This document shows positions 22,752 through 34,715 of a stretch of 64,000 nucleotides of DNA, piece by piece. The notes under the pieces were generated by a model that saw nothing but the letters and a program-made list of their open reading frames with translations, ran no database searches and was not told the DNA's origin. How positions within the stretch are numbered: the first letter of the stretch is position 1; the number at the start of each line of letters is the position of its first letter. Origin of the DNA: Eledone cirrhosa (taxonomy: Eukaryota). A program made the translations under genes and the position numbers. The DNA is taken from positions 8,432,001 to 8,496,000 of the forward strand of contig OZ024766.1 of assembly GCA_964016885.1 (NCBI GenBank). The letters are read 5' to 3'.

Positions 22752-23416
22752 ATCATCATCATCATCATCATCGTTTAACGTCCATCTTCCACGCTTGCAT
22801 GGGTTTGGACGGGAGTTTTCCCACTTGAGGCAAGAGTGGTTGTCCTGCTCGCATAGGACTGTCTGGCGGGTTTTCTACGGCTGGATGCCCTTCCTAACAC
22901 CAACCACATTTACAGTGTGGGGCTGGGAGGTTTTTACCGTGTTACCTACACGGTCACATTACAGCATGGACTGTGTTTTTTTGTCGTGACACCTACACGT
23001 CTGGCGGGTTTTCTACGGCTGGATGCCCTTCCTAACACCAACCACATTTACAGTGTGGACTGGGAGGTTTGTACCGTGTTACCTACACAGCCACATTACA
23101 GCATGGAGTGTGTGTTTTTTTGTCGTGACACCTACACGTCTGGCAGGTTTTCTATGGCTGGGTGCCCTTCCCAACACCAACCACGTTTACAGTGTGGACT
23201 GGGAGGTTTTTACCGTGTTACCTACACAGCCACATTACAGCGTGGAGTGGGAGGTTTTTTTGTCATGACACCTACACGACCTCATGGATGTTGTGGTACC
23301 AACATAACTTTACATTGAAAGGGGTGGTGTAGATGGGGTGGGGGTAGTGGGACAGGGGTGTATTTTTGTTAGAGGTGCCTACTGACTGTAGGTTTCGCTT
23401 TGTACTTGGGCAAGGC

Positions 23417-23420
<4 letters not shown>
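22752..23420 (-). mobile_element. RTE-type retroposon 3' region (family D) with internal ~139-bp tandem repeats
   Basis: (TGA)n tail, GGATGCCCTTCCTAACACCAACC motif; copies at 23594-24125 and 36298-37286. Confidence 0.75.
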
Positions 23421-23447
<27 letters not shown>

Positions 23448-23593
23448 CTAGCAGAATGACCCAGCATTGCTCGGGATTTGCTCTAGGGTTCTTATATATT
23501 TTATTTGATATATATTTATCCTTATCGAGCCTCGTGAAATAAATACGTTTGTTTATATTTTGTTAGTGTGTATGCAAAAATATTTGTACACGA

Positions 23594-24125
23594 ATCATCA
23601 TCACCATCATCATCGTTTAACGTCCATCTTCCACGCTTGCATGGTTTTGGACGGGAGTTTCCCCACTTGAGGCAAGAGTGGTTGTCTTGCTCGCATAGGA
23701 CTGTCTGGCGGGTTTTCTACGGCTGGATGCCCTTCCTAACACCAACCACATTTACAGTGTGGACTGGGAGGTTTTTACCGTGTTGCCTACACGGCCACAT
23801 TACAGCGTGGACTGTCTGGCGGGTTTTCTACGGCTGGATGCCCTTCCTAACACCAACCACATTTACAGTGTGGACTGGGAGGTTTTTACCGTGTTACCTA
23901 CACGGCCACATTACAGCGTGGACTGTCTGGCGGGTTTTTTTGTCGTGACACCTACACGACCTCATTTGTTTCGGACTGGATGTTGTGGTACCAACATAAC
24001 TTTACATCGAAAACGCTGGTGTGGGTGGGACGGGGGTGTATTTTGGTTACGAGGTGCCTACTGACTGTAGTAGGTTTCGCTTTGTACTTAGGCAAGGCGG
24101 GTCTTCTGTATGACTGTGTAGCGCC
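23594..24125 (-). mobile_element. RTE-type retroposon 3' region (family D) with ~111-bp internal repeats
   Basis: Homologous to 22752-23420. Confidence 0.75.
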
Positions 24126-24149
24126 AAAGATATATATATATATATATAA

Positions 24150-24191
<42 letters not shown>

Positions 24192-24199
24192 AATCATTA

Positions 24200-24382
24200 T
24201 TGGCAATATCGGTAGAGGGTCGGACGCCATGCTTTGACGCATAGAGTTACGGTCCTTGCCATTCTGAGTTCAAATCAGAGGTTAACTTTGCCTTTCATCC
24301 TTACGGGGTCGATAAAATAAAGTACCAGTAATGCACTGGGGTAATTGCTGGCCTTGTGCCAAAAAAGTAGAAACAATTATTA
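24200..24382 (+). mobile_element. SINE family 2
   Basis: B box GAGTTCAAATC followed by GCCTTTCATCCTTACGGGGTCGATAAAATAAAGTACCAG; copies at 41420-41670 and 9320-9385. Confidence 0.8.
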
Positions 24383-24393
24383 TCCCTGCTTAA

Positions 24394-24892
24394 TTAACAC
24401 CAGATGTCGTCGAGTTAGAAACAGGGTAATGAAAAAATGAACACCAGATGTCGTCGAGTTAGAAACAGGGTAATGAAAAAATTAACACCAGATGTCGATG
24501 AGTTAGAAACAGGGTAATGAAAAAATTAACACCAGATGTCGTCGAGTTAGAAACAGGGTAATGAAAAAATTAACAACAGATGTCGTCGAGTTAGAAACAG
24601 GGTAATGAAAATATTAACACCAGATGTCGTCGAGTTAGAAACAGGGTAATGAAAATATTAACACCAGATGTCGTCAAGTTAGAAACAGGGTAATGAAAAA
24701 ATTAACACCAGATGTCGACAAGTTAGAAACAGGGTAATGAAAAAATTAACACCAGATGTCATCGAGTTAGAAACAGGGTAATGAAAATATTAACACCAGA
24801 TGTCGTCGAGTTAGAAACAGAGTAATGAAAAAAATAAACACCAGATGTCGACAGGTTACAAATATGGTAATGAAAGATTTAAAGCCAGATGT
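24394..24892. repeat. 44-bp minisatellite (~11 copies) abutting a splice donor
   Basis: AACACCAGATGTCGTCGAGTTAGAAACAGGGTAATG at 24396, 24440, 24484 and onward. Confidence 0.93.
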
Positions 24893-24899
24893 GACTTAC

Positions 24900-24957
24900 C
24901 TAAGCAGCCGTTTTTGCTGGCTGTGGTCTGGTTCCGAGATATCTCTAGCGCTAGTCT
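24900..24957 (-). CDS. TRIM37: TRIM37 exon (RLALEISRNQTTASKNGCL)
   Basis: 58 nt, (CT)n-TTCCAG acceptor, GTAAG donor; matches RLTIELSRTQ. Confidence 0.88.
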
Positions 24958-25039
24958 CTGGAATAGAGAGAGAGAGAGAGAGAGAGAGAGGAGGGTTGAT
25001 ATAGTGTTTGCAGTGGCGTGGTTGAAGAAAATTGTATCT

Positions 25040-26535
25040 TGACACCAGCACTACCACTTTACAGAGTGTACTGGGTGTATTTTATCGTGGCACCAGCATT
25101 ACCACTTAAAAGAGTGTACTGGGTGTATTTTATCGTGGCACCAACACTACCACTTTACAGAGTGTACCGAGTGTATTTTATCATGACACCAACACTACCA
25201 CTTTACAGAGTGTACCGAGTGTATTTTATCATGACACCAACACTACCACTTTACAGAGTGTACTGGGTGTATTTTATCATGACACCAGCACTACCACTTT
25301 ACAGAGTGTACTGGGTGTATTTTATCAGGACACCAGCACTACCACTTTACATAGTGTACTGGGTGTATTATACCATGACACCAACACTACCACTTTACAG
25401 AGTGTACTGGGTGTATTTTACCATGACACCAACACTACCACTTTACACAGTGTACTGGGTGTATTATATCACGACACCAACACTACCACTTTACAGAGTG
25501 TACTGGGTGTATTTTATCATGACACCAGCACTACCATTTTACAGAGTGTACTGGGTGTATTTTATCATGACACCAACACTACCACTTTACAGAGTGTACT
25601 GGATGTATTTTATCATGACACCAACACTACCACTTTACAGAATGTACTGGGTGTATTTTACCATGGCACCAACACTACCACTTTACAGAGTGTACTGGGT
25701 GTATTATACCATGACACCAACACTACCACTTTACAGAGTGTACTGGGTGTATTTTACCATGACACCAACACTACCACTTTACAGAGTGTACTGGGTGTAT
25801 TATATCACGACACCAACACTACCACTTTACAGAGTGTACTGGGTGTATTTTATCATGACACCAGCACTACCATTTTACAGAGTGTACTGGGTGTATTTTA
25901 TCATGACACCAACACTACCACTTTCCAGAGTGTACTGGGTGTATTATATCATGACACCAACACTACCACTTTACAGGGTGTACTGGGTGTATTTTATCAT
26001 GACACCAACACTACCACTTTACAGAGTGTACTGGGTGTATTTTATCATGACACCAACACTACCACTTTACAGAATGTACTGGGTGTATTTTACCATGACA
26101 CCAACACTACCACTTTACAGGGTGTACTGGGTGTATTTTATCATGACACCAACACTACCACTTTACAGAGTGTACTGGGTGTATTTTATCATGACACCAA
26201 CACTACCACTTTACAGGGTGTACTGGGTGTATTTTATCATGACACCCACACTACCACTTTACAGAGTGTACTGGATGTATTTTATCATGACACCAACACT
26301 ACCACTTTACAGAATGTACTGGGTGTATTTTACCATGACACCAACACTACCACTTTACAGGGTGTACTGGGTGTATTATATCACGACACCAGTATTACCA
26401 CTTTACAGAGTGTACTGGGTGTATTTTATCATGACACCAACACTAGCACTTTACAGAGTGTACTGGGTGTATTTTATCATGACACCAACACTACCACTTT
26501 ACAGAGTGTACTGGGTGTATTTTATTGTGGCAGCA
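25040..26535. repeat. 48-bp minisatellite (~31 copies)
   Basis: CCACTTTACAGAGTGTACTGGGTGTATTTTATCATGACACCAACACTA; second array at 30120-30580. Confidence 0.95.
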
Positions 26536-26627
26536 GCCCTAGAAATGTTGCTGTGCACTTGACACAACAGAAGGGACCCTTAATAGCTCAACAGATCTGA
26601 TATTAAAATAAAAGGTGTCAGACTTAC

Positions 26628-26691
26628 CTCCTTTAGGTCATTCACCTGTGTTATATAGCCTGACTGGGCGGATTCCATCTGTTGTATATAC
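26628..26691 (-). CDS. TRIM37: TRIM37 exon (WYIQQMESAQSGYITQVNDLKE)
   Basis: 64 nt, CAG/GTAAG; matches [22 protein letters not shown]. Confidence 0.93.
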
Positions 26692-26797
26692 CTGTAAATA
26701 TAGGGGAACATTTAGTGTTGTATTGGTGGGGTTGTGTGGTGGTGGGGTTGTGTATTGGTGGGGTTGTGTGGTGGTGAAGCTGCACTACTACCAATTG

Positions 26798-27335
26798 TCT
26801 GAAAATTTAGTCAATTTTTGTTGAAAGTTTAGTCAATCTCTGCTGAAAATTTAGTCAATCTCTGCTGAAAATTTAGTCAATCTCTGCTGAAAATTTAGTC
26901 AATCTCTGCTGAAAATTTAGTCAATCTCTGCTGAAAATTTAGTCAATCTCTGCTGAAAATTTAGTCAATCTCTGCTGAAAATTTAGTCAATCTCTGCTGA
27001 AAATTTAGTCAATCTCTGCTGAAAATTTAGTCAATCTCTGCTGAAAATTTAGTCAATCTCTGCTGAAAATTTAGTCAATCTCTGCTGAAAATTTAGTCAA
27101 TCTCTGCTGAAAATTTAGTCAATCTCTGCTGAAAATTTAGTCAATCTCTGCTGAAAATTTAGTCAATCTCTGCTGAAAATTTAGTCAATCTCTGCTGAAA
27201 ATTTAGTCAATTTTGTTGAAAATTTAGTCAATCTCTGCTGAAAATTTAGTCAATTTTTGTTGAAAATTTAGTCAATTTCTGCCGAAAATTCAGCCAATTT
27301 CTGCCGAAAATTCAGCCAATTTCTGCCGAAAATTC
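26798..27335. repeat. 22-bp minisatellite (CTGAAAATTTAGTCAATCTCTG), ~24 copies
   Basis: Direct observation. Confidence 0.95.
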
Positions 27336-27504
27336 ATTTTGTTGTCATTTTAATCAGAAAATTACTCACTTTAGCAGGAAACTGTTTTGTCAGAAAATTA
27401 TGAACATCTTCACCTGTCACAAAATGATTGGAACAATACACTTATGAGAACGTTGAATCACAATAGTTAGGGGTCACTGTAAGGGGTTTTCTTTTCACAC
27501 TTTC

Positions 27505-28131
27505 ACACCAAACCTGCCCCAAAAGTACCCTAATCCATCCCAGAAACCCAAAATACTATAAGGGTTTGGTTACTTACCACTGTAGGTCTCGACACTTATA
27601 AAACACCCCACCACAAACTCTACACTTATAAAACACCCCACCACAAACTCTACCCTTATAAAACACCACTATTAAACCTACCCAGCTGTACCCTACTCTG
27701 CCTCAAGAAACCCCAACAAAACACTTCTAAAACACCCCACCACCAACACTGCTCTACCACCCAACCACCAGAAACCCCAAACACTGTAAGGGTTTGTTTA
27801 CTTACCACTGCTGGTCTTGACACTTCTAAAACACCCCACCACCAAGCCAGCCCCAAACACTGTAAGGGTTTGGTTACTTACCACTGCTCGTCTTGACACT
27901 TCTAAAACACCCCACCACCAAACCAGCCCCAACTGTGCCCTACTCCATCCCAGAAACCCCAAACACTGTAAGGGTTTGGTTACTTACCACTGCTGGTCTC
28001 AACACTTCTAAAACCAACTATACCCTCCAACACCCCACCACCAAACCTGCTCCAAATGTACCCGACTCCATCCCAGAAACCCCAAACACTGTAAGGGTTT
28101 GGTTACTTACCACTGCTGGTCTCGACACTTC
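27505..28131. repeat. Irregular tandem repeat containing the 3' end and splice donor of the MATH exon
   Basis: TACTTACCACTGCTGGTCT(C/T)GACACTT in 5 copies. Confidence 0.85.
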
Positions 28132-28341
28132 TGGTAGAATGTAGGTGGTCGCACTTGAAACTTGAGAATGAGGGTGTCATTCTGAATGTCCAGGTACCCT
28201 TCACTTGCCAACAAGTCCAGACGGAAAAACCTGTTGTAACCCCAACATTCGCCAACCTCAAAATCAGAGGCAAACTCCCTAACAATGTTTTTACTGGTGT
28301 CTTTCGAGGCCTGGTGCACCATCTCAACACGGTATTCATAT
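28111..28341 (-). CDS. TRIM37: TRIM37 exon, MATH domain ([10 protein letters not shown]...[20 protein letters not shown]...FYQKCRDQQ)
   Basis: 231 nt, TAG/GTAAG; [13 protein letters not shown] signature. Confidence 0.97.
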
Positions 28342-28382
28342 CTACAACAACATGAACAACATATAAATATCTGTGTGTGTGT

Positions 28383-28715
28383 ATCATCATCATTTTATGT
28401 CGCTTTTTCCCTGCTTGCAAGGGTGGGACGGGAACTGATTCTGGCTTGATTTCTACAGCTGGATGCCCTTCCTAACACCAACCTCATTTACAGTGAGTGC
28501 TGGGTGCTTTTTTGCCGTGGCACCTACACGACCACTTTACAGTGGAATGATAGGGACCCCAGTCCCTATCATCTCATTTCTACAGCTGAGTAAACTGGAG
28601 CAATGTGAAATAAAGTGTCTTGCTCAAGGAAACAACACATCACCCGGTCTGAGAATTGAACTCACAACCTTTCAATTGCAAGGCCAATGCTCTAACCACT
28701 AAGCCATGTGCCTCC
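28383..28715 (-). mobile_element. SINE family 1
   Basis: Full copy, reverse orientation. Confidence 0.9.
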
Positions 28716-28734
28716 ATGTGTATATATAAATATC

Positions 28735-29253
28735 ATACCATCATCATCATCATTTTACATCCGCTTTTCCCTGCTTGCAAGGGTAGGACGGGTCCTATAC
28801 AGCACAGCATCTCTCCACCCGTCACAGTCCTTCGTCATCTCCTCCGTGAGTTTCAGCAATCTGAGGTCTGCTCTCACCACCTCCGCCCATGTTTTTCGTC
28901 GTCTACCTCTACTGCGTCTTCCCTCCACCGGGACTTCCTGGCACTTCTTCACCCATCGGTCATCCTCCATGCGCATCACATGTCCATACCATCTCAGCCA
29001 TCTCTCTCCTGCACACCACAACTTATCCCTCTTATACCCAGTTTCTCTCTCAACTCATCTATGCTGGGTCATTCACGCACATTGACATTGCACATCCAAT
29101 GGAGCATGCTTACTTCATTTCTCTCCAGCCGTCGCATATCCTCTGCAGTTGCTGCCCAAGTCTCACTACCATGCAGCATCGCGCTCCTCACACAGGTATC
29201 ATATAACCAGCCTTTCGTACGCAGGGAGAAACCCTTCTTTGTCAACAGAGGGA
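28735..29253 (-). mobile_element. Truncated RTE LINE family B, without the 80-bp amplification
   Basis: WLRWYGHVMRMEDDRWVKKCQE; same tail as the other family B copies. Confidence 0.9.
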
Positions 29254-29335
29254 GTATATCTATATATATATATATACTTCATTAAAACAACAGAAGGCCG
29301 GACTGGAAAATTTACTTTAGAATTTTAATATACAC

Positions 29336-29836
29336 ATCATCATCATCATCACCGTTTTACGTCCATTCTTCCACGCTAGCATGGGTTAGACGGGTTGTCC
29401 TGTTGTGGGCAGTGTCTGGTCGGCTGACCATGCCTTGCTGATACAGGAACTGATCTGGCTTGATTTCTACAGCTGGATGCCCTTCCTAACACCAACCTCA
29501 TTTACAGCGAGTGCTGGGTGCTTTTTCGTGGCGCCTACACATCCACTTTACAGTGTGGGTTGGGTGCTTTTTTTCCGTGGCACCTCCACGACCACCTTGC
29601 AGTGGGGGGTGTGGGGTCATATTGTCTATATGCTTCAGCTTGTACCCATGGGAGGTCGGGTACTCTGTATTACTGCGTGACGCCAGAAGTCACGGTCGTG
29701 TGTCATTGTCTTTGAGAGGTGTAATTGGGTAAGGTCGGCTTTTATCACCTCATCCCAGGTCATCTTGGGTCTCCCCACTCCGCGGTTTCCATCAACTTCT
29801 AGTGCTCTGCACCTTTTTATGCAGCTGTCATCCTTC

Positions 29837-29838
<2 letters not shown>
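29336..29838 (-). mobile_element. 3' fragment of RTE LINE family A
   Basis: Near-identical to 12117-12618. Confidence 0.93.
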
Positions 29839-29875
<37 letters not shown>

Positions 29876-29977
29876 TTCATTAAAACAAAAGAAGGCCGGA
29901 CTGGAAAATTTATTTTAGAATTTTAATATACACATATATATATATATATGTGCGTGTGTGTGCGCATATAGACTTAC

Positions 29978-30054
29978 TTGGATGTTTCCGGGAGGCCAGC
30001 CGAAAGCTCCAAAAACACTGAGAGATAATTACCACGAACAACACCGTTCCCATC
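29978..30054 (-). CDS. TRIM37: TRIM37 exon, MATH domain ([25 protein letters not shown])
   Basis: 77 nt, CAG/GTAAG; [12 protein letters not shown] motif. Confidence 0.96.
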
Positions 30055-30119
30055 CTGGAAGTATAGAAATGTGAGAACATATCAGCCAAGATGAACATCA
30101 CCACACAGCATAATTCAAT

Positions 30120-30580
30120 CACCAGCATCACCACTTTACAGAGTGTACTGGGTGCATTATATCATGACACCAACACTACCACTTTACAGAGTGTACTGGG
30201 TGTATTATATCACGACACCAACACTAAAACTTTACAGAGTGAACTGGGTGTATTTTATCATGACACCAACACTAACACTTTACAGAGTGAACTGGGTGTA
30301 TTTTATCATGACACCAACACTACCACTTTACAGAGTGTACTGGGTGTATTTTATCATGACACCAGTACTACCACTTTACAGAGTGTACTGGGTGTATTAT
30401 ATCATGACACCAGTACTACCACTTTACAGAGTGTACTGGGTGTATTTTATCATGACACCAACACTTTACAGAGTGTACTGGGTGTATTTCATCGTACCAG
30501 CAGCACTACCACTTTACAGAGTGTACTGGGTGTCTTTTATCATGACACCAACACTACCAGTTTTTTTACAGAGTGTACAG
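30120..30580. repeat. 48-bp minisatellite (~9 copies)
   Basis: Same unit as 25040-26535. Confidence 0.92.
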
Positions 30581-30677
30581 GGTGTAGGTTAGACACCATT
30601 GAAGCGTCTACCAATTTTAATCCAATAAATATAAACAAAAAAGGGGTTAGAGGCGAGGTATATATCAAGGTACTCAC

Positions 30678-30810
30678 AGGGTAGACTTTAAGCCGCCAAC
30701 TGAGCCCAAAAACATGTAAAGGTTGACTGTAGACAGGGTCTGCTCTCTGCTGGAGTATGCTGAAGTTTTCCATCACAAACGCACTGCAGTCGTAATGGGG
30801 AACTATTTCA
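30678..30810 (-). CDS. TRIM37: TRIM37 exon, start of MATH domain ([44 protein letters not shown])
   Basis: 133 nt, CAG/GTGAG; WRLKVYP MATH motif. Confidence 0.96.
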
Positions 30811-30871
30811 CTGCAAAATATTAATTACAATATTACAGTCAAAGACCACAAAGAAGAAAAGATGCCTTCTA

Positions 30872-31211
30872 ATCATCATCATCATCATTTTACATCCGCT
30901 TTTTCCCTGCTTGCAAGGGTGGGACAGGAACTGATTCTGGCTTGATTTCTACAGCTGGATGCCCTTCCTAACACCAACCTCATTTACAGTGTGGGCTGGG
31001 TGCTTTTTTGCCGTGACACCTCCACGACCACTTTGCAGTGGAATGATAGGGACCCCAGTCCCCATCATCTCATTTCTACAGCTGAGTAAACTGGAGCAAT
31101 GTGAAATAAAGTGTCTTGCTCAAGGAAACAACACATCACCCGGTCTGAGAATTGAACTCACAACCTTTCGATTGCAAGGCCAATGCTCTAACCACTAAGC
31201 CATGTGCCTCC
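30872..31211 (-). mobile_element. SINE family 1
   Basis: Full copy, reverse orientation. Confidence 0.9.
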
Positions 31212-31335
31212 ATAATAGATGTATCTATCTCCACAGATGATAATATATCTCCCAAGGAAATAGAGAAACTCTCCAAATATAAAGATCTAGAGATAGAAAT
31301 AATTCTAATGTGGAAAAATGAACACAGAAACAATA
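31212..31335 (+). mobile_element. Fragment of a restriction-like endonuclease domain of an R4/Dong-type non-LTR element
   Basis: IIDVSISTDDNISPKEIEKLSKYKDLEIEIILMW resembles the IDxxxPxDxNxxxKExEKxxKYxxL motif. Confidence 0.65.
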
Positions 31336-31364
31336 TCTATAATAATTATTATAAAATGTTTTTT

Positions 31365-31592
31365 TTTAAACATACAGTATATCACCAGATATACTATACA
31401 TATATTCATATATATATGTCTTGGGGTACTCTATATATGTATGCAGTGCTCGGAGGTGCTATTTTTGTATACTATACATATTTATTTTAGATATATTTAT
31501 ATGTCAATCAATTTCTAGTTGATATAAAGTAGCCCAAGACATATATATATGAATATATGTATAGTATATCTGGCAATATACTGTATGTTTAA
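31365..31592. repeat. Inverted repeat with ~70-bp arms
   Basis: TTAAACATACAGTATA...GTCTTGGG versus CCCAAGAC...TATACTGTATGTTTAA. Confidence 0.8.
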
Positions 31593-31625
31593 TTAAAAAC
31601 ATTTTGAAGACCTTGCGCTATTATT

Positions 31626-31906
31626 TTAACCCTTTAGTGTTCAAACCAGCCAACATTCTCTCTCTCTCTGTTGAAACTGGCTGTAACTGGTCACTCAAAC
31701 TGATGTTAAGGTATTGTTCTCAAAATAAATACTTTCAAAATCTCAGATTCGATATTATGTGATATCGAATCTATGAGATTTTACTGTGAAAATACAATAG
31801 TATATATAGAGTAATGTAAATGCTATGTGAGATATTATGTGAGGTAAAGCCTTTACTGTGAAAATACAATAGTATATATAGCGTAATGTAAATGCTAAAG
31901 GGTTAA
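31626..31906. mobile_element. piggyBac-like MITE with TTAA target duplication
   Basis: TTAA|CCCTTTAG ... CTAAAGGG|TTAA termini. Confidence 0.8.
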
Positions 31907-32162
31907 AGTCGGGACTATGTCACTTCCTTTTTCAACAAGGGAAGGGAGGTAAGCTGACAGATGTTTCACACTGTTGGTTTTCATCAGAGCTTAGCAGCAG
32001 AGCAATAAAAATTGATGGAAGCAGGGAAGAGCGGTCGTAAAATGATGATGATGGTGTTAGTGTTGATAAGGGTGGGGATAGTATTGATGATGATGATGAT
32101 AATGATGATGGTGATAACAGCAACAGCAACAACAACAACAAGATGAAGAAGCCTATACAGAC

Positions 32163-32355
32163 CTGGTAAAATCTGCCGGAACAGGTGCAGTGACAAAGGA
32201 CACCATCGGTTTCCTGTGGACATGTTTAAACATCTGCATCAACTCGGCACTCTTCTCAATCAACTCACTTTTGCCGCACACGTTCAGCTGGGTTTCCACC
32301 TCATCGATTAAAGTTTCCAGCAGGCCCGTCTCTTGGGTCAGCTGGTTCTTCTGAC
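32163..32355 (-). CDS. TRIM37: TRIM37 exon ([14 protein letters not shown]...[18 protein letters not shown])
   Basis: 193 nt, CAG/GT, phase 1 to 2; HRKPMxSFVTxPVPxDFT motif. Confidence 0.95.
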
Positions 32356-32394
32356 CTGATTGATACACAGGTAGGTAGACAGATAGGTAGATAG

Positions 32395-33665
32395 ATAGAT
32401 ATGTTTCTTTATTAGCCACAGGGGCACAAAAGAAGGGGACAAATACAAAGGAGGAAGTTTACATACAATAAAAACGTGTAAAATGTTATCACAAATGCAA
32501 TTTAAAAAAATTAGTCGATTTTCCCCAATAGGGGAGACAGTTTATATGGGTAACACATACCCCCGGAAAAATGTGAAACCCTCATCTCCAGGAGTACGAA
32601 GAGTTTGTACTCCTTTCCTCTCCTCCTCCTTTTCCTCAACCTACAGGCTGATATAGAGAGAAGGCCCATTCACTCGGGCCATTCTCGCCACTTTCACCCA
32701 CCTTTCATAAAACTTGCTGGGGTACAGCACCTCTCTCTCCATCCTGATTCTTCTTCCAAAGTGGTATTTGATAAAAAAGAATCAGTTGTAGATAGATAGA
32801 TAGATATCTTTATTTGCCACAGGGGGCGTACAAAAACGGGACATTACAAGAAGAGACGGCGGGGGTTTTACATAAAAATCATATAACTATAACATTAATA
32901 AATAACAATAAACTATATAAAATAAAATAATTGAAATCCCCAAATTGGGGGGGGGGGGGTGACGTTACTGGGGTTGTTTTACACCCCATAGATAGAACAA
33001 TCCTCAACACCAGGAACACATTTTGTAGGTCTTCCCGTCTTCCTTCTGTTTATCTTCCTCAACTTACAGGTTTATAGGTAGATAGATATGTTTCTTTATT
33101 AGCCACAGGGGCACAAAAGAAGGGGACAAATACAAAGGGGGGAAATTTACATACAATAAAAACGTGTAAAATACTATCACAAATGCAATTTAAAAATTAA
33201 TCGATTTTCCCCAATAGGGGGAGACAGTTCATATGGGTAACACACATACCCCCGAAAAAATGTGCAACCCTCATCTCCAGGAGTACGAAGAGTTTGTACC
33301 CCTTTCCTCTCTTTCCTCAACCTACAGACTGATATAGAGAGAAGGCCCATTCACTCAGGCCATTCTTGCCACTTTCACCCACCTTTCAGATAGATAGATA
33401 TCTTTCTTTATTTGCCACAGGGGCGTACAAAAATGGACATTACAAGACGTGATGGCAGGGGTTTTACATAAAAATCATATAACTATAACATTAATAAATA
33501 ACAATAAACTATATATAATAAAGTAACAATTGAAATCCCTAATAGGGGGGGAACGTTACTGCAGGGTTGTTTTACACCCCGTAGATAGAACAACCCTCAA
33601 CACCAGGAACACGTTTTGTAGGTGTTCCCGTCTTCCCTCTGTTTATCTTCCTCAACCTACAGTGG
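32395..33665 (-). repeat. Four related ~270-390-bp units (A-B-A'-B') separated by (GATA)n; probable retroposon 3' ends
   Basis: Each starts TCTTTATT(A/T)GCCACAGGGG after TAGA repeats and shares TTCCTCAAC(C/T)TACAG. Confidence 0.7.
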
Positions 33666-33739
33666 GTAGATAGATAGATAGATAGATAGGTAGAGAGATA
33701 GGCAGATGGAGAGAGAGCTATATAGGTAGACAAGCAGAC

Positions 33740-33778
<39 letters not shown>

Positions 33779-33909
33779 GAGAGAGAGCGAGACAGATACA
33801 CAGACAGATTCCAATGTGGTGGCCACATCCAAACAGAAACGACTCTCCAAAACGCCCGCTGTGAGACATTCCATTCGGAGGTGGTGGTCACATCCAATGT
33901 CAGACTTAC

Positions 33910-34033
33910 CCATCAGTGTCAGCAACTTGTTCTTCAACTGTGACTCTAGTCGAGCAATCATCAACTCCACAGCATTACGTATCTCCCGAACCCTCTCATC
34001 TTTGGCATTTTTCACACTTTCAACATTCCGTTC
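33910..34033 (-). CDS. TRIM37: TRIM37 exon, coiled coil ([41 protein letters not shown])
   Basis: 124 nt, CAG/GTAAG; near-identical to TRIM37 [29 protein letters not shown]. Confidence 0.96.
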
Positions 34034-34070
34034 CTGGCAACAGACAGAAATATATTATATACTAGCTGAA

Positions 34071-34670
34071 GTACCCGGTAATACCCGGTTCCCATTAAAA
34101 TACCCAGTGCCTCTCAGCCCAAAAATTAAATCAAAATATAGGACAGATAACAACACAGTATAACGGTACAGTATATGGAAGGGATATATTAGGTTAACGC
34201 TTGATATAGCAGGAAGAGGGTCTTAACGTTTTGGACGCTAGTCCTTCATCAGAAGAAAGAATGAGAAATAGGATAGATTGAGGGGACGGGCGGGGTGGAA
34301 TTGGAAAAAATGTCTTTAGATAAAAATAGCAGGTCCATTCATGTTGACATCTCTTGATCAAATTACAAAATATGAGGAAATAATAGACAAAAATATACCT
34401 ATTTTTCTTCAAAGTCCCGACTGCAGTTTTGCCGATCTGTGTGCAACGTTTCTGCACTATAAAAATGCATCATCGCTGTGAGGTTGATACAGATTATCAA
34501 GAGACCCCTCAGAAAAAAGGACTGTTTCTTTGATGTGTTCGTAGCAAGAAAGAAAATCTCTAGAGGCGTAGGTAGGAATCAATACAAGATACAGTTGTAA
34601 AAAAAAAAAAACTAAAAAAAAATTAAAGGGCTATTTATTTCGTAGCAAGTGAGAATATCTTGAGAGGCAG

Positions 34671-34675
<5 letters not shown>
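34071..34675 (-). mobile_element. Possible Helitron-like element
   Basis: Minus-strand end CCGGGTATTACCGGGTACTTCAGCTAGT; a similar end at 23447; far boundary uncertain. Confidence 0.45.
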
Positions 34676-34714
<39 letters not shown>

Positions 34715-34715
34715 C

